Positions 8,801 through 18,578 of a stretch of 64,000 nt of DNA are shown here, in pieces. The stretch is from a bacterium (GTDB lineage Bacteria; Electryoneota; Electryoneia; Electryoneales; Electryoneaceae), in contig CAXXKJ010000002.1 in the NCBI GenBank assembly GCA_963675295.2, positions 1,024,001 to 1,088,000 of the forward strand. The letters run 5' to 3'. Position numbers and translations under genes: made by a program. The notes under the pieces are model-generated. The model made no database searches. It was not told the origin of the DNA and saw only the letters and a list, made by a program, of their open reading frames with translations. Numbering within the stretch: the first letter of the stretch is position 1; each line of letters begins with the position of its first letter.

Positions 8801-11175
8801 GCGAGGTGTGACTGGTTGCCGTCATTGGAAAGAACCTGGAAAGTGACGGGCACGCGCGTATTGTTCGCGACAGTGGAGTTCAGCCGGATACGCAGCTCGT
8901 CCGTCGTTACCTGGTTACCCTGTCCCTGTGTGCCAAAGAACTGGTAGGAATTTTCGACGGAACCGTATTCGGATGGGATGCTGATGGATACCAGCATCTG
9001 GTCAAGTCCGCCATCCTTGACAACTTCCAGCAACGCTTCCGGGATGATCAATTCGCCCGGGTTGATGTAGCCGTCGTTGTTGGTGTCCGGGTCGGACGCG
9101 TCTTCCACGCCGCTGGTACTGATCAGGCTGACCACACCGGCACCACCGTCGCCGAAGGTGTACGAGTAGGGCTCGACATCCGGACGGGTGACGGTCAGTG
9201 TGTATTGGCCCCCTGAGATTAAAGCTTCATCCAGCATGACATTGGCAACGCCGGATGCATTCGTTCGTGCATGCCCGACAATGTCTGTAAGGTCTGTTGT
9301 GACCACCACCATCGCGTTGTCAATTGGTACGCCGTACTGGTCAAGGACCAGTGTTTCGACGTAAGTGTCGTTTTCACGCAAATCAGTTGGATGGTCGACT
9401 TCGAGCACTTTCGGGACCTCGGCGCGAAGCTGCAACGCCGGATCGCCGAGAATGTTGTACGTGTGGAAGTAGAACCAGACGCTGTTTTCGTTCGTACCGC
9501 CCGCATTCCACAGGTATGGATAGTTGTTGTGCAGCTGGATCTTCGCTGACAGCAGGCACTGGCCGAGGGTACGCAGACCCTGATCGAACATGGCGGTGTA
9601 CCATCCGCCAAGCATCATGTTGTTCCAGCGGGTGTGGGTGTCGATTTCGGAAGGCGCGATAAAGGCAACCGCACCCTTGAGGTCATTGGGAGAGCCGTGG
9701 CGGATCCAGGTTTCACCGAAACACGGATCGTCGTCCAGTTCATCGAACGCTCCGCCGCCGCACACCATCGAGGTGATGACGACGAGCTCGTCAGTGTTGT
9801 TGATATCGTCTTCGATGTCGTCGTCGTAGAAGTACGGTCCGGCCCAGTAGGTGTGTGAACCGAATCCACGGTACGTCACCCAGCTGGTATGGTTGTTGAT
9901 CGCGTTAGAGATCATCTGCGCGTTTCCCGGATTGCTCCAGGTGCGCACGATCTGGTGCACGTCGGTAAAGCCGTTATTCTCGAACTGCCATTTCACCCAG
10001 TCCTGGGTCAGCGCGGTGCTGATCGCGTACGTCGCGTCCGCAATGGTCACTGCCCGGGTCCAGCGTTCCGGATGGTTACCGATCAGCGGCTGCGATTCGT
10101 ACTGGATAATCTTGTTGACCATGGTCAGACACTCGGTTTCTGTATCCACCGAAACGCGCCCGATCAGGTATTGCGGTAGCACATCCTCGTACGTATTGCC
10201 GGCATAAATGTCATAGGTGTACATCTGGTCCGTGGCGATATCGGGATCGATCGGCCACGGCGACCCCGGATCGATGTACTCGGTCGCGATTTGCGGCAGG
10301 TCGTCAATGTCGCCCATCAGCACAACGTATTCCAGCGGTGGGCTGGCGTTCTCGTAGACGTTGCGGATGTAAGCGTAAATATCATCAAAGGAGTTGCCGG
10401 TTTCAGCGGTAGTGGCCATCTGGACCGTGTAACCGGTCTGTGCACGCCACGCTGCAAGGGTCCGCACCGGATCTTCCCACTGGGACGGGTAGATCATCAG
10501 GTACGTGCCGCGAACGACTTCGCTGTAGTCGATGAAATCGGTAGCGTTTGCTACGTACGTTTCATACAGCGGCAGCAACGCTTCGCTGATCCCCGGCGGA
10601 TCGAGGCCGTCATCGGACCAGTCGGTGTCGGGTTCGTAGGCAAACTCGATGTCCAGATCGTCGGCGACGTACACGTGTCCAGTGGCTTCGTCAATGCGCA
10701 TTGGACGGATCGCGACCGAAGCGACACGCAGGTCGCGCCACCGTCCCGTCTTGCCGACGCTGACCGTTTCCTCGGATTCCCGGGCAGCTTTTTTGAAGAG
10801 CTGAATGTCGAGCGGCGTTTCAAACTCCTGGCCGGTGTCATGGGCAAGCTGCCGCACACCCAGGTCGCGCCAGGTGACGTTCACATTCGCCACCACCAGG
10901 TTGAGTCCCTCAGGCACAGCGATCAGCTCGCTGTACACCGGAAGACGTGGCCCCCCTGCCTCACCCAGTTCACCAGCGCCCGGAAGCTTGGGCACTACGG
11001 TTTCTCCCTCGGCAGTCCAGTTAACCGTCAGGTCGTCAAAACTCATCGTGACCCCGGTCGCGTTGCTGGTGACAGCGTACGGCCGAACCATCGGATTGGC
11101 CATCGTGTCGTCGACAGCGAGCGTGGGAGCTGCGAGGAACAGCAGGGCGAGGAACATCGGAATCAAGCGTGCCAT
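5899..11175 (-). CDS. C25 (gingipain-family) peptidase-like multidomain protein with T9SS-type CTD
   Basis: Signal peptide, C25 propeptide (GEAGGPRLP), YVVLMGD, IGRVSVD, YRGFG, MVCGGG, YNILGDP motifs; C-terminal YPNPFN...SGLYF...KAVLLK. Confidence 0.85.
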   Translation of the reverse strand: MARLIPMFLALLFLAAPTLAVDDTMANPMVRPYAVTSNATGVTMSFDDLTVNWTAEGETVVPKLPGAGELGEAGGPRLPVYSELIAVPEGLNLVVANVNVTWRDLGVRQLAHDTGQEFETPLDIQLFKKAARESEETVSVGKTGRWRDLRVASVAIRPMRIDEATGHVYVADDLDIEFAYEPDTDWSDDGLDPPGISEALLPLYETYVANATDFIDYSEVVRGTYLMIYPSQWEDPVRTLAAWRAQTGYTVQMATTAETGNSFDDIYAYIRNVYENASPPLEYVVLMGDIDDLPQIATEYIDPGSPWPIDPDIATDQMYTYDIYAGNTYEDVLPQYLIGRVSVDTETECLTMVNKIIQYESQPLIGNHPERWTRAVTIADATYAISTALTQDWVKWQFENNGFTDVHQIVRTWSNPGNAQMISNAINNHTSWVTYRGFGSHTYWAGPYFYDDDIEDDINNTDELVVITSMVCGGGAFDELDDDPCFGETWIRHGSPNDLKGAVAFIAPSEIDTHTRWNNMMLGGWYTAMFDQGLRTLGQCLLSAKIQLHNNYPYLWNAGGTNENSVWFYFHTYNILGDPALQLRAEVPKVLEVDHPTDLRENDTYVETLVLDQYGVPIDNAMVVVTTDLTDIVGHARTNASGVANVMLDEALISGGQYTLTVTRPDVEPYSYTFGDGGAGVVSLISTSGVEDASDPDTNNDGYINPGELIIPEALLEVVKDGGLDQMLVSISIPSEYGSVENSYQFFGTQGQGNQVTTDELRIRLNSTVANNTRVPVTFQVLSNDGNQSHLAELQQVKTPQLEVSDVVFQSDWYPGDQSMVDVHLDNLETLVGALSVTAQLMVDDPFITVLDGDGSWAAISGGATNVAMNDMFALEISDQAYPGHVAEGTMMLTTDRGFEIELDVEFVAMGSGPDVPTGPAGPGYYIFEDTDPGYDYTPNFTYVSVVGNGGWDVGLDDEDENEDDVVTIDLPFTFPYWDQFYDEVSICSNGWITFGDTGFYFFRNRPLPGALTPVGAVCALWDNLLFDTNNSGVFAYHDQENGYFVIEWYRVWHERDLQWNGLTGDPMYFQILILDPAVHGTAGDLGKIAILYDDIKNEDGAENYLTVGLTSPNGQEGLQYEFANENPSTAVGVVDGRQLMIAATNVAEPARLEYSPPLVQMNAEAGGNGSAEFTIRNVGGRATTFDIWPEGIDYSWGLPGELDNYGEPDDLGYRWYDSRESFGPEYQWVDIEQPGYEVTMNTGDPDGFGSISNEIDLPWDFDFYGETYSSFWVCESGYITFTEPADGYGESANTSLPRPYAPLASIFPYWDNIGTDEGGAVYVRTMQAAVVVTWADVHQLDWDTDDGPYTFQVVLTPDGAIHTQYQEMIGDLDSATIGINDESGDNGLLTVMNTAVPAFLEDELVVRFSPGLPWLTTTPTTHSIGKGESITVQLSADSDDLQAGLHQGRLLLLSHLTDEAYAIPIDFLVTDESLGYAPQIGDLAGESIAPGGTFMPIALDPYVEDWDDADADLDWVWYGSDSLNVSIDDNRIVTVTPVDGWNGPTTLFFRSTDPMLNYQTQPLVFDAGNANDPPRFLTASPDALGQTGLGTSVNFSVTVEDPEEDSFDLEWYHDGGFIGSGTSVDITFDNEGTTTVLVIAQDANGASSEIRWTGNVTDLGVNDSLDAPLPQTSSLEAVYPNPFNASVVLRYALPRSSDVQLVVYNLLGQEVARHMLPASPAGRHEIVLDATTWASGLYFLDWRAGDVRQVRKAVLLK

Positions 11176-11475
11176 GGAATCAGTCTCCTCGGATCTGAAT
11201 TCTTCATACCGGTTTTGCTCGGTTCGTCAGGAATGCGGTACTGGCCTGTAAGATAACATGTAGACAGGTCGGCATGTGCCCGAAGATAGGTTGGACCCGT
11301 ATCGTGAACCGTGCCTAAAGCTACCGTATGAAAATGGTCAACGAAAGAAAGGTGGTTAGGCTCGGTTAAAAAAATCGGAGACATTCCTATTAAGAGGGGA
11401 CGAGCTCGAGGATCGCTGTAATGCTGCCGATAATTTGAGTAGAAGCCGTCCGTACGTCCGCGAACCGGAACGACT

Positions 11476-13020
11476 ATGTATTTTATTTACAAAAACTTAC
11501 TGATTGTGATGTGTGTCATCGCGTTAGGCGTTTCCGTCGTTACAGCGCAGATGCTGCCCACGATTGACTCCGGGCGAGCCAACCAGGCCTTCGCGGATGG
11601 CCGGGCCTATGAAGAACAGGGAGAACTCGAACAGGCCTACGCTGCCTACCGGGAGGCGTACGAGCTCGACCAGGAGCATTACCGTGCGTTGTACCGTGCG
11701 GGACGGCTGTTGCAGGAGTTTGGCCGGCAGGCGAACGCCATCTCCGCGATGCACCAGGTGGTCGCCATCGCACCGGATTTCTACCCCGCGTGGAATACAC
11801 TCGGCATCCTGTTCACGGATACGGGGTACGCGGAAGGTGCGGTTAACGCGTACAAGCACGGCACCGACGTCGCGCCGGACATGGCGTCTGCGTGGCGCAA
11901 TTACGCGCGCGCATTAGCGGAAACGGGCGATTTGCAGCAGGCCGTCACTGCGTACCAGCGGGCGGTTGACCTGGAACCGACGCATGTCCCTTCGCTGGTC
12001 GCCCTCGGTGTCATGTATGGCCGTCTCGGTCAACGCGGGGCGGCGGCGGAAGCGCTCGAGGCCGCGCTCGAGCTGGATGCGGTCAACGCAGATGCGAAAA
12101 AAGCGCTCGCCTGGGTGAACGGTGAGCTCACGGGGACGGTCGCCGACGGTACCGAGAATGCGGCTGGGAGTGAAACGGGTGCAGCCGGCACCTCCCCGAA
12201 AATCTTCTTCCAGGAAGGTGGCACGTTTACAGAATCTGGATTGTACAAGCCGCCGACGTTGACACTGGAGAGTCCGGTCAAGCTTCGTGACCGGGGCATC
12301 CGGCTGATCCACGAAGGGCATTACCGGCTGGGCGTGGAGGCGCTGGAACAGGCTCGCCGTTATGGGGAGCAGGACCCGGTTCTGTTCACGGAGCTCGGTT
12401 ACGCGAACTACCAGCTGGAAGACTACGAGAAGGCGGCGTGGTCGTACGGCATGGCGGCGGAGCAGTCGGTCGAACCCGAGGGCTGGTATCGCTTGAACCA
12501 GGCGCTCGCGTTGCGTGAAGCAGGGGACTTGCCCGGCGCGGAAAAAGCGGTCAAACGCGCCATCGATCTCGATTCCGGGCTGGCCCACGCGCACTATCTC
12601 CTCGGCATGCTGCGGCTCGAACAAAACGACGTCACGAAAGCGATCCGCTCCTTCCGCAGCGCTGTGAAACTCGATCCGCAGAATATATCGGTTCACCTCG
12701 CCCTCGGCGCGGCTCAACTCACGCGGCACGAGGAGAAAGATGCCATCCGCACCTATCGTCAGGCGCTGCGTGTTCACCCCGGCCAGCCGGAAGCGTTGTT
12801 CAAGCTGGCACCGTTGCTCGAGAAGCAGGGCGAATCCACCGAAGCGTACGACGCCTACGAAGCCCTCGCGCTCGCCACCGCCAAACAGCCGGAATTTGCC
12901 GCGTGGCATGAGCTGGCGACGGAAAAGGTGAAAGAGCTGGCGTGGGCGGCCTCGGCGGAAGATCCGGAGGTGTCGGGATCCGACACACCGCGCAAGTTGC
13001 CGTATTGGATGAATAATTAA
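11476..13020 (+). CDS. Exported tetratricopeptide-repeat protein
   Basis: Signal peptide and two blocks of TPR repeats (e.g. AWNTLG...A..AY....P). Confidence 0.85.
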   Translation: MYFIYKNLLIVMCVIALGVSVVTAQMLPTIDSGRANQAFADGRAYEEQGELEQAYAAYREAYELDQEHYRALYRAGRLLQEFGRQANAISAMHQVVAIAPDFYPAWNTLGILFTDTGYAEGAVNAYKHGTDVAPDMASAWRNYARALAETGDLQQAVTAYQRAVDLEPTHVPSLVALGVMYGRLGQRGAAAEALEAALELDAVNADAKKALAWVNGELTGTVADGTENAAGSETGAAGTSPKIFFQEGGTFTESGLYKPPTLTLESPVKLRDRGIRLIHEGHYRLGVEALEQARRYGEQDPVLFTELGYANYQLEDYEKAAWSYGMAAEQSVEPEGWYRLNQALALREAGDLPGAEKAVKRAIDLDSGLAHAHYLLGMLRLEQNDVTKAIRSFRSAVKLDPQNISVHLALGAAQLTRHEEKDAIRTYRQALRVHPGQPEALFKLAPLLEKQGESTEAYDAYEALALATAKQPEFAAWHELATEKVKELAWAASAEDPEVSGSDTPRKLPYWMNN

Positions 13021-13045
13021 GGTGGGGTGGGGAGGTGCCTCTGTT

Positions 13046-13065
13046 CGTGTGGCTGAAGCCACACG
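13046..13065. repeat. REP-like palindrome
   Basis: CGTGTGGCT-GA-AGCCACACG. Confidence 0.65.
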
Positions 13066-13145
13066 CTAACCACCCTTCACCGCTACGCGGTGTAAAACAT
13101 CATCTCATGGACAGCGATGCCGTATCTCTCGGCCAGCGATCACGC

Positions 13146-13225
13146 ATTACCGGCGACCGATTTCCGGTATACCGTCCACAGCCCGCATCCCACTGACCAC
13201 TGAGTACTGAGCACTGATGACTGTC
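13146..13225. repeat. Degenerate 7-nt-period tract
   Basis: ...CCCACTG ACCACTG AGTACTG AGCACTG ATGACTG; same unit family as 1680-1718. Confidence 0.7.
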
Positions 13226-13329
13226 TTCTGCCCGTCTCCCTCGAGTTTCGCTTGGGGTTCAGAGTTCGTACTTTTCATCACAAATTCCCGGGTAACCAAG
13301 AGGCCGATCCCGGTTTGCCCTGATCCCCC

Positions 13330-14127
13330 GTGGCGACAACCGAAGGACACAAGATCATGCCATCTGCTGACGAACTCCAGAAACGGACCATACATCCCGC
13401 CGAGCTGTTTGAGCAGCTGGCCGACAAATCACGTGAGATCTTCAACCGTGGCAAGACTTTGCCGCTGGTTGTGGTCGATGTGGACGATTGTCTGTTGGAC
13501 AAACGTCCGCGTGTGATGAAAGTCCTCGCCGACCTGATCATGGATCAGAATCCGGAGATTCCGCTGACCGACGAACACCGTGCCGCGATTGCGTCAATCA
13601 AGCCGCGCACGATGAAGTACGGCCTCAAGGACACGTTGCGTGACGTCGGCATCGTGGAAGAGGGCATCCTCGGCTGGATTGAGACGGAATACGAGAAGAA
13701 AGCGACCAGCGACCAGTACATCATGTTCGATCTGCCAACGCCGGGCATTGTCGACTTCATCAAGGAGCTGTCGAAGGCCGGATCGACGACGCTGTATCTC
13801 GCCGGCAAGCGGAATCGCAACAAGTCGACGTTCGGTACCGAACGGTCGTTGAGTATGTACGAGTTGCCGGCTCCGCGTGGCGAGGTGGGTGCGTTGTTCA
13901 TGAGCGAAGTGGACGGCGCGGACGAGTTCAAATTCAAACAGGACCTGATCAAGCCGATCACCGAGGCGGGCGAGGTGATCGCGGTGTTCGATAATGAACC
14001 AAACGCGTGCAACCTGTTCCGCAAGGAATTCCCGGATGCGAGCGTGGTGCTGGTGGACACGTTCCGTGAGAACGAGGATGAGCTGGCGGACGGGATTCAC
14101 GTGGTGAAGAACTTCTTGCGTACCTGA
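13330..14127 (+). CDS. HAD-superfamily hydrolase/phosphatase
   Basis: VVVDVDDCLLD (DxD motif I), conserved Lys and AVFDNEP motif IV. Confidence 0.75.
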   Translation: MATTEGHKIMPSADELQKRTIHPAELFEQLADKSREIFNRGKTLPLVVVDVDDCLLDKRPRVMKVLADLIMDQNPEIPLTDEHRAAIASIKPRTMKYGLKDTLRDVGIVEEGILGWIETEYEKKATSDQYIMFDLPTPGIVDFIKELSKAGSTTLYLAGKRNRNKSTFGTERSLSMYELPAPRGEVGALFMSEVDGADEFKFKQDLIKPITEAGEVIAVFDNEPNACNLFRKEFPDASVVLVDTFRENEDELADGIHVVKNFLRT

Positions 14128-14153
14128 GTGAACGCGGCGTCTTGACAAAGAAT

Positions 14154-14186
14154 GAACGGGCGGAGCCATTTGGCTCCGCCCGTTTC
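14154..14186. terminator. Bidirectional intrinsic terminator
   Basis: AACGGGCGGAGCCA-TT-TGGCTCCGCCCGTT between convergent ORFs. Confidence 0.75.
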
Positions 14187-14219
14187 GCGCTTCCCAGACA
14201 TCACATCGTTTGCATGGAT

Positions 14220-14573
14220 TTATGCTGACTCCTCGGGGGGTGTCGATGGCAGCATCATGGTGCCGCGGCTTTGCTCCGCGGGGGAATTACCGATACGGTA
14301 GCTCGATCCGGATTCGCGAATCTGTGGTTCAGTGACGGTATCGCCCTGTTGCCGGAACGGGAAGAAGGTGACGGCAACTGTTTCATCTTCATGCACAAGT
14401 GACCGTTCGAGCTCATCCACAATCTGCGAAACCCGTACCTGCAGGCTCTTGCAGTCGTTGACCAGCTCGTGGCGGTTGCCATTCCCGGTGTTCAATGCCT
14501 GCATTTTTCCGCACAAATCATGGGCGATTTTTCGTGCCTGGATCGCCAGGTCTGTCGCACTCAACAAACTCAT
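14220..14573 (-). CDS. Hypothetical protein
   Basis: 117-aa ORF filling the gap and ending near the terminator; no recognised motif. Confidence 0.35.
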   Translation of the reverse strand: MSLLSATDLAIQARKIAHDLCGKMQALNTGNGNRHELVNDCKSLQVRVSQIVDELERSLVHEDETVAVTFFPFRQQGDTVTEPQIRESGSSYRIGNSPAEQSRGTMMLPSTPPEESA

Positions 14574-14803
14574 CGATAACTCGCGATATCTTGACTATGA
14601 CTTGCTTTTTGTTCCAAAAGAGAACTCTAAAAAACCTAAAGACAAGTTGCGCAAGACGCATGCCAGTTTAGTTTGCGTTAGAATTCGATAAGTTTTGGAT
14701 TCGCTGACATTCGATGGTTTCGAGGGGTACGGTGGTGCTTGCGCGGGGAGGTTGCGCGGTGCTACATACGTCTGCCCCTCTGACACGAGCTGAACGGGAA
14801 ACG

Positions 14804-15868
14804 ATGTCAACGAAGAAAGCCAGCGAACGGTTTCGTTTGACCCGGTTTACACGGTGTGCCGGTTGAGCGAGCAAGCTTGATCCGGCGGTGCTGGATCGCA
14901 TCTTGCCGCTGCTGCCGAAACAGCAGCACCCGAACTTGTTGGTCGGACCCTCGACTCTGGACGATGCAGGTGTGTATCGGCTGACGGACGAGCTCGCCCT
15001 CGTCCAGACGCTCGACTTTTTCACGCCAATTGTGGACGATGCCTATGACTATGGCCGGATTGCAGCGGCGAACAGTCTGTCGGACGTGTATGCGATGGGT
15101 GGGACGCCGGTGACGGCGTTGAACATCGTCGCCTTCCCGGACGGCAAGTTGCCTGAGGAAGTATTGGCGGACATCCTGCGCGGCGCGGCGGCGGTGTGTG
15201 CCGAGGCGAACGTGGCGGTGGCCGGCGGGCACTCGGTGTCGGACCAGGAGATCAAGTTCGGCTTGTCGGTAACCGGTGTGCTTGATCCTCGCAACGGGAT
15301 GCTGGCGAACTCCGGCGCGCAGCCGGGTGACGCGTTGATCCTGACCAAACCTCTCGGCACGGGGCTGATTTCAAACGCGATGATGAATGACGCCTCGGAC
15401 GAAGAAGCTGTCCGGGCGATGACGGAGGTGATGGTCCGGTTGAACCGTACGGCGGCGGAAGTCGCGCGGGAGTGTGACGCTCATGCGGCAACCGACGTCA
15501 CCGGCTTCGGACTGGTCGGGCACGCGCGCGAGCTGGCGGTGGCGTCGGGAGTGACGGTGACGCTCAACGTGGGCAGCCTGCCGGTGATTGACGGCGCGAT
15601 GAAGGTCGCGACCTCGGGTTCATTTTTCAGTGGCGGGGAGCGGCGAAATCTCGCGTTCGTGGAGAAAGACGCGCGCGTCGAGGACTCGGTTCCAGACGAG
15701 ATGCGACGGCTGGCCTCTGATCCGCAAACCTCGGGTGGGCTCCTGATATCGCTGCCTGAGAGCCGTGTGGAGGACTACTTGAACGGCATGCGAGAACGTG
15801 GAGAATCCGCGTGGCGTGTTGGTTCCGTGGGTGAGAAGCAGGGTGTCTCACTGGTGCTCGCTTCGTAA
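14804..15868 (+). CDS. selD: Selenide, water dikinase, selenocysteine-containing
   Basis: ATG at 14804 gives MSTKKASERFRLTRFTRCAG-U-ASKL with in-frame TGA at 14864-14866 at the catalytic Cys/Sec position. DDAGVY, DFFTPIVDD, AANSLSDVYAMGG, GGHS, TDVTGFGL, DPQTSGGLL follow. Confidence 0.95.
14871..14906 (+). promoter_or_regulatory. Bacterial SECIS-like hairpin
   Basis: GCAAG-CTT-GATCCGGC-GGT-GCTGGATC-GCAT-CTTGC; the apical loop starts with G 21 nt after the UGA. Confidence 0.75.
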
Positions 15869-15953
15869 TCGCTCGAGAGAAACCAAATCCGGACTTTTGT
15901 GACAATTCTTGAATTAAAGTGCTTATCTTGCAGGGTAGTACAGGATCCATTCG

Positions 15954-16949
15954 ATGAACACAATCCCCCGGATTCTCGTTGCTGAGGATGAACTTGATAC
16001 CCGTGAGGTTCTCGGGCAGATGCTCGAGGCATTGGGATACGAGGCTCAACTCGCCGAGAACGGAAAAGACGCATTTGAAGCGGTGACCAGCCGCCCACCC
16101 GACCTGGTGCTCAGCGATGTGATGATGCCGGTGATGGACGGGTTTGAGCTGTGCCAACGCATAAAAACCAACCCGGAAACGCGCCTCGTGCCGGTTGTTC
16201 TTCTGACCGGACTCGGTGGTGTGGAGGACCGCGTACGCGGTATCGATTCCGGGGCGGACGATTTTATCTCCAAGCCGTTCCAGCTGTCCGAACTCGCCGC
16301 GCGGATTCGTTCCCTCCTGCGTTTGAAGCAGTTTACCGATGACCTTGAACGTGCCGAATCGATCATCTTCTCGCTCGCGATGACGGTGGAAGCGAAGGAC
16401 TCCTACACCGAGGGCCACTGCAAGCGGCTGTCGTCGTATTCGGTGGAAATCGGCAAGCGTCTCGGTGTGAGCGAGGATGACCTGCAGGCGTTGCAGCGTG
16501 GCGGAATTCTGCATGACATCGGCAAGATCTCGATTCCGGATGCGATCCTCCTGAAGCCGGGACCTTTGTCGCCGGAAGAGCGCGAGATCATGCGCACACA
16601 TCCGATCCGTGGTGAGGAAATCTGCAAGCCGTTGCGTAGTCTGCAGCCGAGTCTGCCGATCATCCGTCATCATCATGAACGGATGGATGGCACCGGTTAT
16701 CCGGATCAGCTGGTGGGTGAGGACATCCCACTGAACGCGCGTATTATCGCCGCAGTCGATTTCGTTGACGCGCTGGTGACTGAACGACCGTACCGAGGCC
16801 CGTTACCGATGAAGGAGGCGTTGCGAATGGCGCACGCCGCCGTGGAAAACGGGCATCTCGATAGCAACGTGGTTAAAACCGTGGAGGAATTTGTACGCAG
16901 CCTCGGTCAAGACTGGACCGCGGGCGACCCGAAAATGAATGGCTTCTGA
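15954..16949 (+). CDS. Response regulator with HD-GYP cyclic-di-GMP phosphodiesterase domain (RpfG-like)
   Basis: REC domain (DVMMPVMDG, GADDFISKPF); HDIGK and HHERMDGTGYP motifs. Confidence 0.92.
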   Translation: MNTIPRILVAEDELDTREVLGQMLEALGYEAQLAENGKDAFEAVTSRPPDLVLSDVMMPVMDGFELCQRIKTNPETRLVPVVLLTGLGGVEDRVRGIDSGADDFISKPFQLSELAARIRSLLRLKQFTDDLERAESIIFSLAMTVEAKDSYTEGHCKRLSSYSVEIGKRLGVSEDDLQALQRGGILHDIGKISIPDAILLKPGPLSPEEREIMRTHPIRGEEICKPLRSLQPSLPIIRHHHERMDGTGYPDQLVGEDIPLNARIIAAVDFVDALVTERPYRGPLPMKEALRMAHAAVENGHLDSNVVKTVEEFVRSLGQDWTAGDPKMNGF

Positions 16950-17005
16950 GTCCTACCACCGCGGCATTCCACCTGCGAGTGCCCATCAGTTTGGGAGGAA
17001 TCCCC

Positions 17006-18511
17006 ATGCAGCCTGTCGCACAAGAACGTCCTTCTAGCACCACCCCCGTCGTAACGCCACTCCATGCCATGCTCGACATCGGCAGCAATGCAATGAAACT
17101 GGCGGTTTGCAGCTATCCCGAAGCAAATTCATTCCGCACCGTCCACCTCGATGAGCGAATAACTCGACTCAACCGGGGGATCGACGACGAAGGCAACATC
17201 GATGAGGCGACGATTGAGCGTGTCCTCGATGCTGCCGCATACCTGATTCAGGAAGCGGAGAATCGCGGCGCGGTTGTACGTGGCGCGGTTGGCACCGCAG
17301 CCTTGCGCAAGGCGAATAACGCCGTCGAGCTGATCAACCGGCTCAACGATGAGCACGGAGTCAGCACCCGCATCCTGACACCGAAAGAAGAAGCCACTGC
17401 GGGATTTTACGCCGTGCGTGAGGTTCAGTTGGCGCAGAAGGAACGTGTCAACGGACACGGATTCAAGCCGCTGGTCACCTTCGACCTTGGCGGCCGGTCG
17501 GTGGAGATGACGGTGGGTTCCGGTGCGATTCCGGAATCGTACATCAGCCTCGAGCTGGGGGCCAGCCACCTGTGGAAGTCCGCGCCGACCAGTGATCCAC
17601 CTGTGCCGGCGGAACTGGAACATATCAAGAACGTCGTCCGGGAACAGTTGAAACATGTCGAACGTCCGCCGCGTGACGCCGAAGTCACATTAATTGGCGC
17701 GACCGCGACGACGCTCACCGGCTATGTTCCGATGCTGCTGGCGAAGGAACACGGGCCGGACGCGATCAACTACCTCGATCGTGATATCGTGCGTGCTCTG
17801 GTAGAGAAGCTATCGCAGATGACAGTCAGCCAGCGGCGGCAGTTGCCGGGCAATCCGTTGCGTGCGGACATCATCCTGCACGGTGCGATCGCCATCGAGC
17901 AGGCGTTCAAATACCTCGGGTTCCGTCACGCGGAAGTGTCGCCGGACGGCGTCGCGGCCGGGACGATGATCTCCGAATTGAAGGGGATGCCGCTCGATTT
18001 CGAGCCGGTGCATGTGCGGCTGCCGGGTGTAAACTTCCGGCCGTTCACGCGGTCGGACCGGTCTGGTGAGGTGCTGTTCGCACTACGCCGCAGCGACGGT
18101 CGGATCTGCCTGCAACGCAAGATCGATTACCCGTCCGGGATCTATCGCATCCCGGGTGGAGGGGTGGATCGCGGCGAAGACGTACAGGCGGCCTACCACC
18201 GGGAACTTTACGAGGAAACCGGGTTGCAGGGCATTCGTTCGGTACCGTTGGCGACGTTGACCTACACGGGACCGGATGAGTACACGCTGCCGTTCGAAAG
18301 CCGGTTGTACCTGGCTGAAATCGGGGACGCTGACCCAATGCCGATCGATTCGGACGAAGGCATCGAGGATTATGCGCCGGTGGCACCGGAAAACCTGCCG
18401 CTGTGGGTGGACCGGCTGGAAATGCTGAGTGGCAGCATGCAGGCGTGGGGCATTTTCCGCGCGGCGGCGGTGCGCACGCTGATTGACAGGTTGCAGAACA
18501 TCCCGGTGTGA
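17006..18511 (+). CDS. Ppx/GppA phosphatase fused to a C-terminal Nudix hydrolase
   Basis: DIGSNAMKL, GTAALRKA.N, EEA, DLGGRSVE, RADII motifs; complete Nudix box GGVDRGEDVQAAYHRELYEETG. ATG at 17006 follows GGAGG. Confidence 0.85.
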   Translation: MQPVAQERPSSTTPVVTPLHAMLDIGSNAMKLAVCSYPEANSFRTVHLDERITRLNRGIDDEGNIDEATIERVLDAAAYLIQEAENRGAVVRGAVGTAALRKANNAVELINRLNDEHGVSTRILTPKEEATAGFYAVREVQLAQKERVNGHGFKPLVTFDLGGRSVEMTVGSGAIPESYISLELGASHLWKSAPTSDPPVPAELEHIKNVVREQLKHVERPPRDAEVTLIGATATTLTGYVPMLLAKEHGPDAINYLDRDIVRALVEKLSQMTVSQRRQLPGNPLRADIILHGAIAIEQAFKYLGFRHAEVSPDGVAAGTMISELKGMPLDFEPVHVRLPGVNFRPFTRSDRSGEVLFALRRSDGRICLQRKIDYPSGIYRIPGGGVDRGEDVQAAYHRELYEETGLQGIRSVPLATLTYTGPDEYTLPFESRLYLAEIGDADPMPIDSDEGIEDYAPVAPENLPLWVDRLEMLSGSMQAWGIFRAAAVRTLIDRLQNIPV

Positions 18512-18547
18512 GTTGGAGGAGTTCTGAGGTAAACGCAGACACAATAA

Positions 18548-18575
18548 TGTCCCGGTTCACGCCGGGACATTTTTA
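18548..18575 (+). terminator. Intrinsic terminator
   Basis: ATGTCCCGG-TTCACG-CCGGGACAT followed by TTTT. Confidence 0.65.
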
Positions 18576-18578
18576 TGG

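Noticed and set aside
14888-15868. selD as a truncated gene or pseudogene
   Set aside because: The upstream UGA sits at the catalytic position and is followed by a SECIS-like hairpin, so recoding explains it better.
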